Shown here piece by piece: positions 49,718-58,152 of a stretch of 64,000 nt of DNA (its first letter is position 1; each line of letters opens with the position of its first letter). The position numbers were made by a program, and so were the translations under genes. The stretch is from an uncultured Gammaproteobacteria bacterium (GTDB lineage: Bacteria; Patescibacteriota; Patescibacteriia; UBA10025; JAHIVO01), in contig CAZQBL010000004.1 in assembly GCA_964592105.1 (NCBI GenBank), positions 2,256 to 66,255 of the forward strand, read 5' to 3'. A model generated the notes under the pieces. It ran no database searches and had not been told where the DNA came from. It was given only the letters and a program-made list of their open reading frames with translations.

Positions 49718-51400
49718 ATGATAACACGTAAAAAAATATGGCTTGTTTTTTGGGGGATTATTGTACTGGCTGTTATAGCTGGACTGGTTGATTATCCCAA
49801 AGGTCCTGACCTGAAAATCGGTGGTTTTTTTAAAGAATTAAAAGTTCATTTAGGCTTGGATTTGCAGGGCGGAACACATTTGGTCTACGATGCCGACACC
49901 TCAAAAGTGCCTGAGGCAGATAAATTCTCGGCTTTAGCCGGCGTCCGCGACGTTATTGAGCGCCGGATTAATGCTTTTGGCGTTTCCGAGCCACTAGTCC
50001 AGACAAATCAAAACGGTGACAAGTGGCGGGTCATAATAGAATTACCCGGAATCAAAGACGTGAATCAAGCCATAAAAATGATTGGAGAAACGCCTTTGCT
50101 GGAATTCAAGGAAGAAAAAACAACAGAGCTGACAGACGAAGAAAAAAAAGCCGCTGAGGAGGCCAATAACAAGGCTAAAACTAGGGCGGAGGATGTACTT
50201 AAAAAAGCGTTAGTTGCTGATGCGGATTTTGCTGCGTTAGCTAATGAATTTACCGAAGACCCTGGTAATGTGGATCCGTCAACCAACGAAAAAAAGGGCG
50301 GCGATCTAGGATCTTTTACCAGGGACCAAATGGTATCGGAATTCTCTGAGACAGTTTTTGATAAAATGACGGTTGGTGAAGTTTACCCAGAATTAGTTAA
50401 AACTAAATTCGGCTATCACATAATAAAAAAAACCGGCCAAGAAGGTGATCATGCTACCGCAAGTCACATACTTTTTTTAACTCAAGCTACCACCGGTACA
50501 ACAGATTTTGTCGACACTGGTCTGTCTGGAAAACAATTAAAAAGCGCTACGGTGGAATTTGACAGTACCACCAACCTGCCCCAGGTCGCTTTGGAGTTTG
50601 ATGATGAAGGCAAGAAGTTATTTGCTGAAATTACCGAACGAAATGTCGGAAAAATAGTCGGAATATACTTGGACGGTCAAGCTATTTCAATGCCTAAAGT
50701 AAATGAAGTTATTCGCGAGGGCAGGGCAGTTATTTCTGGAAACTTCAATTTGACCGAAGCCAAGCTTTTGGCCCAGCGTTTGAACGCCGGAGCCCTGCCA
50801 GTACCCATAAGTTTGGCTTCACAGCAAAGCGTTGGAGCAACTTTGGGTAAAATCGCCATCCAGAAAAGTCTTTTAGCCGGCATAATCGGATTGATATCTG
50901 TAGCCTTGTTTATGATTTTTTATTATCGTTTGCCTGGTTTGATGGCAATATGTGCCTTGGCAGTTTATTCACTGGTGATTTTAGCCGTTTTCAAGCTCTT
51001 TTCTATAACTCTGACTCTGGCAGGAGTGGCCGGTTTTATTTTGTCTATCGGCATGGCGGTGGACGCCAATGTACTTATATTTGAAAGGACTAAAGAAGAA
51101 CTAAGAAGCGGAAAAAGCTTATCTCTTTCCATTGAAGAGGGTTTTAAGCGTGCTTGGCTGTCGATTAGAGATTCTAACGCTTCCAGCTTAATTACTTGCG
51201 TAATTTTGGCCTGGTTTGGAACCAGCATTATCAAAGGGTTCGCCATAACCCTGGGAATAGGAATTTTGGTGAGCATGTTTTCGGCCATCACCGTTACCAG
51301 AACGTTTTTACGTTTGATTGTAAGTCACTGGCTGGAAAATCACCATAATTGGTTTGGCGGAGTTAAGCAAAAAACTGTAATAGAGCCCAATGAACAATAA
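49718..51400 (+). CDS. secD: Protein translocase subunit SecD carrying an embedded parvulin-like (PpiC-type) segment
   Basis: SecD signatures LGLDLQGG, P1-head LDGQAISMPKVNEVI and a C-terminal 6-TM RND-like domain. Residues of about 165-250 match PpiC: ADFAALANEF...GGDLGSFTRDQMVSEFSETVF...KFGYHIIKK...ASHILFL. Confidence 0.8.
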   Translation: MITRKKIWLVFWGIIVLAVIAGLVDYPKGPDLKIGGFFKELKVHLGLDLQGGTHLVYDADTSKVPEADKFSALAGVRDVIERRINAFGVSEPLVQTNQNGDKWRVIIELPGIKDVNQAIKMIGETPLLEFKEEKTTELTDEEKKAAEEANNKAKTRAEDVLKKALVADADFAALANEFTEDPGNVDPSTNEKKGGDLGSFTRDQMVSEFSETVFDKMTVGEVYPELVKTKFGYHIIKKTGQEGDHATASHILFLTQATTGTTDFVDTGLSGKQLKSATVEFDSTTNLPQVALEFDDEGKKLFAEITERNVGKIVGIYLDGQAISMPKVNEVIREGRAVISGNFNLTEAKLLAQRLNAGALPVPISLASQQSVGATLGKIAIQKSLLAGIIGLISVALFMIFYYRLPGLMAICALAVYSLVILAVFKLFSITLTLAGVAGFILSIGMAVDANVLIFERTKEELRSGKSLSLSIEEGFKRAWLSIRDSNASSLITCVILAWFGTSIIKGFAITLGIGILVSMFSAITVTRTFLRLIVSHWLENHHNWFGGVKQKTVIEPNEQ

Positions 51401-51402
51401 AT

Positions 51403-52302
51403 ATGTACCGAATTACTCAAAAACGAAATATCTTTTTCATAATCTCGGGGGTCTTAGTAATAGCCAGCCTCGTTTTTATTAGCTTAGGAGGACTGAAATT
51501 AGGCATTGATTTCACCGGCGGTAGTTTTATTCAGGTCGGTTTTTTGGAAGCCCGCCCACCAGTTTCTCAAATTAGCGAAAAATTGAGCGGTCTTAACCTC
51601 GGCAATATGACAATTCAACCGCTGGGTGAGGATAGCTTGACTTTAAAACTAAAAAATATCGATAACGAAACTTATCAATCAATTATTTCGTCCCTTAAAG
51701 AGAGTTTCGGGGGCATTGAGGAAAAAAGTTTTGATTCAATTGGTCCGACCATTGGTAATGAGCTCAAAAGCAAGGCTCTGTCGGCTATAATTTTAGTTTT
51801 AATTTTTATATTGTTATATATTTCATTCGCTTTTCGAAAAGCTTCCTTTGGCCCGGTTAAGTCCTGGATTTACGGATCAGGCGCAATCATCGCCTTGCTA
51901 CATGATTTACTTATTGTCATTGGCGTCTTTGCTTTTTTAGGAAAATTTTGGAATGTTGAAATTGACGCTTTGTTTATTACTGCCTTACTAACTATTCTAG
52001 GTTTTTCAGTGCATGACACAATTGTTGTGTACGATCGTATACGTGAACGCCTTAGAGTAAATTATAACAAGGACTTAGAGGAAACAGTCAATGAGAGCGT
52101 TAATCAGACTCTAGTAAGATCTTTGAATACATCACTTACAACTATTTTAGTTCTACTGGCTTTGTATTTATTCGGCGGACAATCAATTAACCACTTTGTT
52201 TTAGCTCTGCTAATAGGTATTATTACCGGAACATATTCCTCAATATTCATAGCCAGCCCGCTTTTGGTAGTTTGGAATAAATTCACCGAAAAAAAGAATT
52301 AA
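51403..52302 (+). CDS. secF: Protein translocase subunit SecF
   Basis: N-terminal TM, SecF-type periplasmic domain (IDFTGGS) and a 6-TM C-terminus. Confidence 0.8.
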   Translation: MYRITQKRNIFFIISGVLVIASLVFISLGGLKLGIDFTGGSFIQVGFLEARPPVSQISEKLSGLNLGNMTIQPLGEDSLTLKLKNIDNETYQSIISSLKESFGGIEEKSFDSIGPTIGNELKSKALSAIILVLIFILLYISFAFRKASFGPVKSWIYGSGAIIALLHDLLIVIGVFAFLGKFWNVEIDALFITALLTILGFSVHDTIVVYDRIRERLRVNYNKDLEETVNESVNQTLVRSLNTSLTTILVLLALYLFGGQSINHFVLALLIGIITGTYSSIFIASPLLVVWNKFTEKKN

Positions 52303-52316
52303 ATCAATATTGAGCA

Positions 52317-52346
52317 AGCCCGAGACATTATTTCTGGGTTTTTTTG
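52317..52346 (+). terminator. Intrinsic terminator after secF
   Basis: AGCCCGAGAcattattTCTGGGTTTTTTTG is a hairpin followed by a T7 run. Confidence 0.4.
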
Positions 52347-52392
52347 ATTTGTTAAAAATCCAAAAATCTGTTTAAATATAGTAATTTCAAAC

Positions 52393-52421
52393 TTGACACT
52401 TTTAACAAAGTGTGCTATACT
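52393..52421 (+). promoter_or_regulatory. Strong sigma-70-like promoter: TTGACA-17-TGcTATACT
   Basis: Perfect -35, 17-nt spacer and an extended -10, placed 52 nt upstream of the ATG at 52473. Confidence 0.5.
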
Positions 52422-52472
52422 AATAAAATCAATAATTTTAGTTTTCACATTTTTTACTAAATTGCTAAAGTT

Positions 52473-53594
52473 ATGGATTCCCAAAATTCAATTCTTGATA
52501 GGGTCATATCCAGCAAAAAAAACTTGGAAATTGAGCAATTCAACCCAACTGAAGTTGTTGGTTTATTGCTAAAAAATTTAACCTCCAGAGAAGAAGATGT
52601 ACTCAAAAGAAGACACGGACTGCAGACCAGCAAAAAAGAGACCTTGGAAGAAATAGGCGCTTCTTATAGGGTTACCCGAGAAAGGATTCGACAGATTGAG
52701 AGCTCAGCCATACAGAAGATAAAAAAGCTGAAAAATTTTTTGGATATCATTAATCCCATAGAAAATAGGATTTTTTCCGAATTGGAGCAGCATGGAGGAA
52801 TTTTATCAGAAGAATCTCTTATGGAAAATTTACTGCACCTTATCGGAAACAACGAAGTCAACAAAAACTGTCTGTTATTTTTAATGAGTAAGTTATTAAA
52901 AAATAAATTTAAGCAAATCAAAGAATCGCCCGATTTTAGGCGATCTTGGCAAATTTTGCACGCACCGCTTCACTTAATAAGGGAATCAGTTGTGCTTTTG
53001 AAAGAAATAATTGAAAAAATTGGTAAACCGGTTCAGCTTAACGAAATCCTCACCAATTTTAAACAGACTGAGTTCTTCAAAAAAAATCATGAACAGTTGA
53101 GTGATGATTCGATTATTTCTTACTTGGAGATTTGCCCTGATATTTCAAGAAACCCCTTTCATGAATATGGATTCAGTCAGTGGGGTAGTATCGTTCCAAA
53201 AAGAATGAATGACAAAATTTACTTAGTTTTAAAAAAACATGGCAAGCCCATGCATTTTGCAGAAATTACTGAGGCTATAAACAACACCGGTTTCGATGAG
53301 CGCAAAGCTTATCCACCCACAGTCCATAATGAACTAATTTTAAACGATAGATATGTTTTAGTCGGCCGGGGTATTTATGCCTTAAAAGAGTGGGGGTACA
53401 AACCCGGCGTAGTCGTTGATGTTTTGACGGAAATTTTAAAAAAAGAGAATAAACCTTTAACTCGTCATGAATTGATTCAGAAGGTTTTAGAACAAAGAAT
53501 CGTCAAAAAAAACACCATAAATCTGGCTTTAACCAACAAAGCCAGATTCAGAAAAAATCAAGATGGTACTTACTGGCTAGCCCAAGATAACTAG
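52473..53594 (+). CDS. DNA-binding protein with an N-terminal sigma-70 region-4-like HTH and a C-terminal HARE-HTH-like domain (not a sigma factor)
   Basis: Residues of about 36-86 (LTSREEDVLKRRHGL...TLEEIGASYRVTRERIRQIESSAIQKIKK) match sigma region 4. Residues of about 255-315 (KKHGKPMHFAEITEAI...VLVGRGIYALKEWGY) match HARE-HTH/RNAP-delta N-domain. No region 2 or 3. Confidence 0.45.
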   Translation: MDSQNSILDRVISSKKNLEIEQFNPTEVVGLLLKNLTSREEDVLKRRHGLQTSKKETLEEIGASYRVTRERIRQIESSAIQKIKKLKNFLDIINPIENRIFSELEQHGGILSEESLMENLLHLIGNNEVNKNCLLFLMSKLLKNKFKQIKESPDFRRSWQILHAPLHLIRESVVLLKEIIEKIGKPVQLNEILTNFKQTEFFKKNHEQLSDDSIISYLEICPDISRNPFHEYGFSQWGSIVPKRMNDKIYLVLKKHGKPMHFAEITEAINNTGFDERKAYPPTVHNELILNDRYVLVGRGIYALKEWGYKPGVVVDVLTEILKKENKPLTRHELIQKVLEQRIVKKNTINLALTNKARFRKNQDGTYWLAQDN

Positions 53595-53607
53595 CCTGGA
53601 AATAAAT

Positions 53608-55011
53608 ATGAATTTTTTATCATTTGATCCGACCGCACTGCTTGGTCAGCTACCAGGCGCCACAAACCCATTTAGCGCCATGCTTATGATATTCTTAAAT
53701 GGCGGATGGATCGCCCTTGTAGCTGCAATCCTATGGGCTGCCTGGGAGGGATATCTCGAATATATCAGAAATCGCTACGCCGAATCGCTGGAATATGTGT
53801 TACTGGCAATTGACATTCCCAAAAACAACGAGCAAAGTCCCAAAGCCGTAGAACATATTTTTGCGCACCTTTATGGCATTGAAAAATTTGGTAATCTTAA
53901 GGAAAGATACATTCAGGGCTATACTCAGCCAAGCATTAGTTTGGAAATAGTGAGCATCGAGGGCTATATCCAATTTTTAATTAGAACACCGCGAGATTTC
54001 CGCGATTTAGTTGAAGCGGCGATCTACGCCCAATACCCTGATGCAGAAATAACTGAAGTTGAGGATTATGTTGACTTACTGCCTAAACCACTGGAAATGC
54101 CCCATGCTGAATACGACATTTGGGGAGCCCAAATGAAACTGGCCAAAAGCGACGTGTACCCCTTAAAGACATATCCTTTTTTCGAACACTCGTTATCACA
54201 AAAATTTATGGACCCCATGGCCTCAATACTAGAACTATTAGGTCGAATGGGTCCGGGTGAGCAATTCTGGCTGCAAATGGTCATTGCCCCAGTGAATTCA
54301 AGCTGGCGCAAGAAGGGCATTTCTGAAATAAAAAAACTTATTGGCAAAAAGGAAGAAAAAAAGAAAAACCTCGATTTCTGGTATTTTCCTAGCCAAATTG
54401 GCAAAGGACTTTCTGAATCAATAACTGCCTCGATAATTCCGCCAACGGAAATGGATAAAGCCAAGCAACAAAAGCAAGAACGTGAATGGCCAAGCATGAT
54501 GCAGCATCTTTCTCCCGATGAACGTGAAATTGTTGAGGCAATCGGCATGAAAATTGCTAAACTTGGTTTTATGACAAAGATGAGGTTTATTTATGGAGCC
54601 AGAAAAGAAATTATGAATAAAGCCAAGGGTGTTGACGGCTTCTTAGGAGCTTTATCGCAATTTAATACACAAAATCTCAATAGTTTAATCGTTAACAAGC
54701 ATACTCGAACCAAGATAGACTATTTTTTCATAAAACCGAGAGTTTTAAGCAGAAAGCGTCGAATACTCTGGGCTTACCGCTATCGTAGCATGAAAAGAGG
54801 CAGGCAAGGTTTTATTTTAAACACGGAGGAGCTGGCTTCTATTTGGCATTTCCCCATAGCTGAGGTGGTAAGGGCGCCCAGCGTTCAAAAAGTTGAGGCC
54901 AAAAAAGGACAACCACCTTCTAGTCTACCCTTGGAAAGGCAAAATATATCAATTAAATCACCGACTAAATCGCCCAATCATGCCCCCCCAATTAATTTAC
55001 CCATAAAATAA
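53608..55011 (+). CDS. Membrane-anchored hypothetical protein, partner of the coupling-protein-like ATPase
   Basis: One N-terminal TM (AMLMIFLNGGWIALVAAILWAAW) plus a soluble domain of about 420 aa. Its stop overlaps the start of the next gene (ATAATGG). Confidence 0.35.
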   Translation: MNFLSFDPTALLGQLPGATNPFSAMLMIFLNGGWIALVAAILWAAWEGYLEYIRNRYAESLEYVLLAIDIPKNNEQSPKAVEHIFAHLYGIEKFGNLKERYIQGYTQPSISLEIVSIEGYIQFLIRTPRDFRDLVEAAIYAQYPDAEITEVEDYVDLLPKPLEMPHAEYDIWGAQMKLAKSDVYPLKTYPFFEHSLSQKFMDPMASILELLGRMGPGEQFWLQMVIAPVNSSWRKKGISEIKKLIGKKEEKKKNLDFWYFPSQIGKGLSESITASIIPPTEMDKAKQQKQEREWPSMMQHLSPDEREIVEAIGMKIAKLGFMTKMRFIYGARKEIMNKAKGVDGFLGALSQFNTQNLNSLIVNKHTRTKIDYFFIKPRVLSRKRRILWAYRYRSMKRGRQGFILNTEELASIWHFPIAEVVRAPSVQKVEAKKGQPPSSLPLERQNISIKSPTKSPNHAPPINLPIK

Positions 55012-56378
55012 TGGATCAATCGAACAAAAATATTAATCACGACATTACGGTTTTTGCTAAAACAAACTTCCGAAACATGGAGCAGCGTTTTGGTATAAAA
55101 ACCGATGATCGACGTCGTCACATGTACTTGATAGGAAAAACAGGTATGGGTAAAACTAATGCTCTTGAGCACATGATCATTTCTGATATTAGAGGGGGTA
55201 AGGGCGTGGCCGTGGTTGACCCTCACGGCGATCTGGTTGAGCGCATTATCGAGTTTATTCCCTCATATCGAATTAATGACGTAATTTATTTTAATCCTGC
55301 GGACGTTGATTATCCGATTGGTTTTAATGTTTTGGAAAGTGTTGACGCCAACCAAAGGCACCTGGTAGCTTCCGGCTTGATGGGCGTCTTCACTAAAATT
55401 TGGGAGGGCGTCTGGAGCGCTAGAATGGAATACATTCTAAATAATGCCATTTTAGCACTTTTGGAATATCCAGGCTCAACCATGTTAGGCATCGCCAGAA
55501 TACTCGTCGATAAAAATTACCGCCGGAAAGTAATTGCCAAAATATCCGATCCAATTGTAAAAAGTTTTTGGGTTGATGAATTTGCCAATTACAACGTAAA
55601 TTTCAGAAATGAAGCTATTGCTCCAATTCAGAATAAAGTCGGCCAATTTCTTTCCAGCTCGATCATCAGAAACATAGTCGGTCAACCCAAGAGCACCATC
55701 AATTTAAGAGACATTATGGATAATCAAAAAATTTTGCTTTTGAATCTGGCCAAAGGCAGAATTGGCGAAGATAATTCAGCCTTACTTGGCGCCATGATGA
55801 TTACCAGATTACAATTAGCAGCCATGAGCAGGGTCGACATCCCCGAGCAAGATCGTAAAGATTTTTATTTATATGTTGATGAGTTCCAAAATTTCGCCAC
55901 TGAAAGTTTTGCCAGTATACTTTCCGAAGCGAGAAAATACCGGCTTAATCTGATTATCGCACATCAATATATTGGACAGTTGGATGAAAAAGTAATAGCC
56001 GCAGTTTTTGGCAACGTCGGCACAATTATGTGTTTTCGTGTGGGGGCGGCTGATGCTGAATTTTTGGCCAAAGAGTTTTTTCCGACTTTCACTGAAGATG
56101 ATTTGCTTAACCTAACAAAGTATACAGTTTATTTAAAATTAATGATAGACGGTGTAGCCTCTGAGCCTTTCTCTGCAGAGACTTTGCCTCCACTTACTGG
56201 CAAAACCAATAATAAGGATAAAATTATTAAAGTTTCAAGAGAAAGATACGGTCAGCCCAGGCAAGTCGTAGAAGATAAAATTATCCGCTGGACCGGGATT
56301 GACGAGATGTACAAAGCAGCCGCCGAAGAAGATAATTTTCAAGCTAAAATAAACAACAGTTCTCTAACGAGCCGATAA
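55011..56378 (+). CDS. VirD4/TraG/TraD-like (type IV coupling protein family, FtsK-HerA superfamily) P-loop ATPase lacking its own TM domain
   Basis: Walker A YLIGKTGMGKT, VVDPHGD, Walker B YLYVDEFQNF, then the LNLIIAHQYIGQLDE motif typical of T4CPs. Confidence 0.55.
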   Translation: MDQSNKNINHDITVFAKTNFRNMEQRFGIKTDDRRRHMYLIGKTGMGKTNALEHMIISDIRGGKGVAVVDPHGDLVERIIEFIPSYRINDVIYFNPADVDYPIGFNVLESVDANQRHLVASGLMGVFTKIWEGVWSARMEYILNNAILALLEYPGSTMLGIARILVDKNYRRKVIAKISDPIVKSFWVDEFANYNVNFRNEAIAPIQNKVGQFLSSSIIRNIVGQPKSTINLRDIMDNQKILLLNLAKGRIGEDNSALLGAMMITRLQLAAMSRVDIPEQDRKDFYLYVDEFQNFATESFASILSEARKYRLNLIIAHQYIGQLDEKVIAAVFGNVGTIMCFRVGAADAEFLAKEFFPTFTEDDLLNLTKYTVYLKLMIDGVASEPFSAETLPPLTGKTNNKDKIIKVSRERYGQPRQVVEDKIIRWTGIDEMYKAAAEEDNFQAKINNSSLTSR

Positions 56379-56717
56379 AGGAGTCCATTAATTTTAAAGA
56401 CCAGCACCACAAAATTGAATTTCGACCCAAAAAGCCGAAGCCAAAAATTCCCTTCCAAGAACTAGAAGTTGTTCCTCTACCCGAAACCCAAAATACAATT
56501 TCCTTACGGGAAGCTTTGACCAAAAAACCGCAAACATTTAATAAAATGAGGCCCTACAATCACGATCAAAGGCAAACTTTGCCCTCCCAGGAACATCACA
56601 AAAATGAGTTTTTTAATTCCAATAACCCACAAAAATTAAAACCTGGACAAGTAGCTCGCTTAAATTAAGTGAGAATACTTTACTTATAAAAGCGAGTTAT
56701 GTATAAACTTAAAAGCT

Positions 56718-57203
56718 ATGAATAAATCCAGAATCTATTGGGGCAGTACAATAATCATAATAGGTCTGTTACTCCTTTTGGGTCAATGGGGGATACCCAT
56801 AAATATATCCGGTTTTTGGCCAATTTTTTTGCTACTACCAGGATTCTTTTTCCTAATGCATTTTTTTTCAAAGAGGCAAAAGCCAGGCTTGCTTATTCCG
56901 GCCAGCATTTTAATTTTCACTGGAGTATATTTTTTCTTTAATCAGTGGGCCAATTATCATTGGGCCGGGGCTACTTCTTTTGTTTTCATTTTTAGCGTGG
57001 CCATCGGCTTAATGGCCATGTACCATTTTTCCTCAACCAAAAAAAGGGGAGTAATATTGGCGGCCTGGATTTTAACTGGCCTGGCACTGTTTAATCTATT
57101 TATTACGATTTTTGACGGACGTTGGTGGCCGATTATCATTATTGTTACTGGCGTATTTTTGCTAACCTATAAACCAAAACAAAAGGATATTCTAAAAAGT
57201 TAA
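56718..57203 (+). CDS. 4-TM membrane protein (hypothetical)
   Basis: 161 aa and hydrophobic, with no motif recognised. Confidence 0.3.
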   Translation: MNKSRIYWGSTIIIIGLLLLLGQWGIPINISGFWPIFLLLPGFFFLMHFFSKRQKPGLLIPASILIFTGVYFFFNQWANYHWAGATSFVFIFSVAIGLMAMYHFSSTKKRGVILAAWILTGLALFNLFITIFDGRWWPIIIIVTGVFLLTYKPKQKDILKS

Positions 57204-57216
57204 AAAATTTAATCAC

Positions 57217-57513
57217 GTGATTCTTTCCTTTTCAATATTCACCTTCAGTCCTGATGATGAAGAAAAGGCCAAAAAGAGTCTTGATGAACAGATTTCTTTC
57301 ATGAAAAAACAGCCCGGCCTAATCAAAGCCTTTTTAGCCAAGGCTCTAGATAATCCAGGAAAATTTTTAGTTTACTCTGAGTGGAAATCTAGAGAAGAAT
57401 ATGAAGCCAGCGGGGAAAAGTTCAGAAATGCCCCCGAGCAGCAAGGTGGGATGGAAGAGTTTTTTGATATGATGATTGAAGAGCCGATTTTCGGCAGTTT
57501 CAGCGTTGATTAA
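57217..57513 (+). CDS. ABM-domain (antibiotic biosynthesis monooxygenase / Dabb-like) protein
   Basis: 98 aa; the pattern ...FLVYSEWKSREEYEAS... is typical of the ABM/ActVA-Orf6 fold. Confidence 0.5.
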   Translation: MILSFSIFTFSPDDEEKAKKSLDEQISFMKKQPGLIKAFLAKALDNPGKFLVYSEWKSREEYEASGEKFRNAPEQQGGMEEFFDMMIEEPIFGSFSVD

Positions 57514-57840
57514 TTAAATTAAGCAATCCTCTCAAAGGGAATTCTATTTGCCTGAACTTGACAAATTTTTTTGTATTTATTAAATTTACAAAAATATCAA
57601 AACAACTTTTAGTAGGAGGTGAAAGCTTGAAATTGGGTTATAAAATCCTAAGGCCAAAATGCTGATTAATAAAGCCGGCTTAGCCGTAAAAACACCGCTA
57701 CACGATCCACAGGGTAAACAAAATATCTTCTGGTCTTCTGGATCTTCCCTAATCGGAAAAGTGACCAGCAAATCGGGTGTAAACGGCCTTCGTGCGGCAA
57801 CGAGGGAATGGTGCACATTTAAATCGATATTTAAGTCATT

Positions 57841-57906
57841 AAATGGCCCGTCTGCTGCATGGGCCATTTTATTTTTAAAACAAAAGGGTAAAAACCTTTT
57901 TGTTTA
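57841..57906 (+). terminator. Tandem hairpins, with a strong intrinsic terminator
   Basis: AAATGGCCC-n11-GGGCCATTTTATTTTT is a 9-bp perfect stem plus a T-run. It is immediately followed by AAACAAAAGGgtaaaaaCCTTTTTGTTT. Confidence 0.5.
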
Positions 57907-58117
57907 AATCACTCAGTAGTTTACCGACCACGCCTCATTAAATGATCTGCCAATTTTTCGGCCTTCCCGGTTATTGCCATCTTAATATTATTTCTGCCGT
58001 TATGGCTAATTAGTTCTTTTCCTAATTCTAGCGAAGCAAATTTTTAGTTTTGTAATTTTGTCGCACTGCTAATTTTTCCTCGTGTTTCTCAAATTTATTG
58101 AAGTCTTGGGAAAAATA

Positions 58118-58146
58118 ATGTCAATCATCTTATTTTTTGATATACT
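58118..58146 (+). promoter_or_regulatory. Putative promoter for the OLD-family gene: ATGTCA-17-TGaTATACT
   Basis: Extended -10 lying 7 nt upstream of the ATG at 58153, implying a very short leader. Confidence 0.3.
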
Positions 58147-58152
58147 TTACTC

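Noticed and set aside
52473-53594. Calling this an alternative or ECF sigma factor
   Set aside because: Only region 4 is present, and it is N-terminal. No region 2 (-10 recognition or core binding) could be found, so a sigma function is not supported.
57600-57900. RNase P RNA, tmRNA or SRP RNA identity for the GC-rich stretch
   Set aside because: A CCGGCUUA-like string and a GGUGCAC-like string are present. The P4 element GGAAAGUCCGGGC, a tRNA-like T-arm (GGUUCGAnUCC) and the SRP domain-IV GGAAGCAGC motif are all absent, and the motif order does not fit RNase P.
57586-57907. Overlapping ORFs 57659..57907 (+) and 57586..57867 (-) as protein-coding genes
   Set aside because: They overlap each other on opposite strands. 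Both run through a 9-bp perfect terminator hairpin, and the minus ORF even starts inside it. The GC elevation fits structured RNA or chance better.
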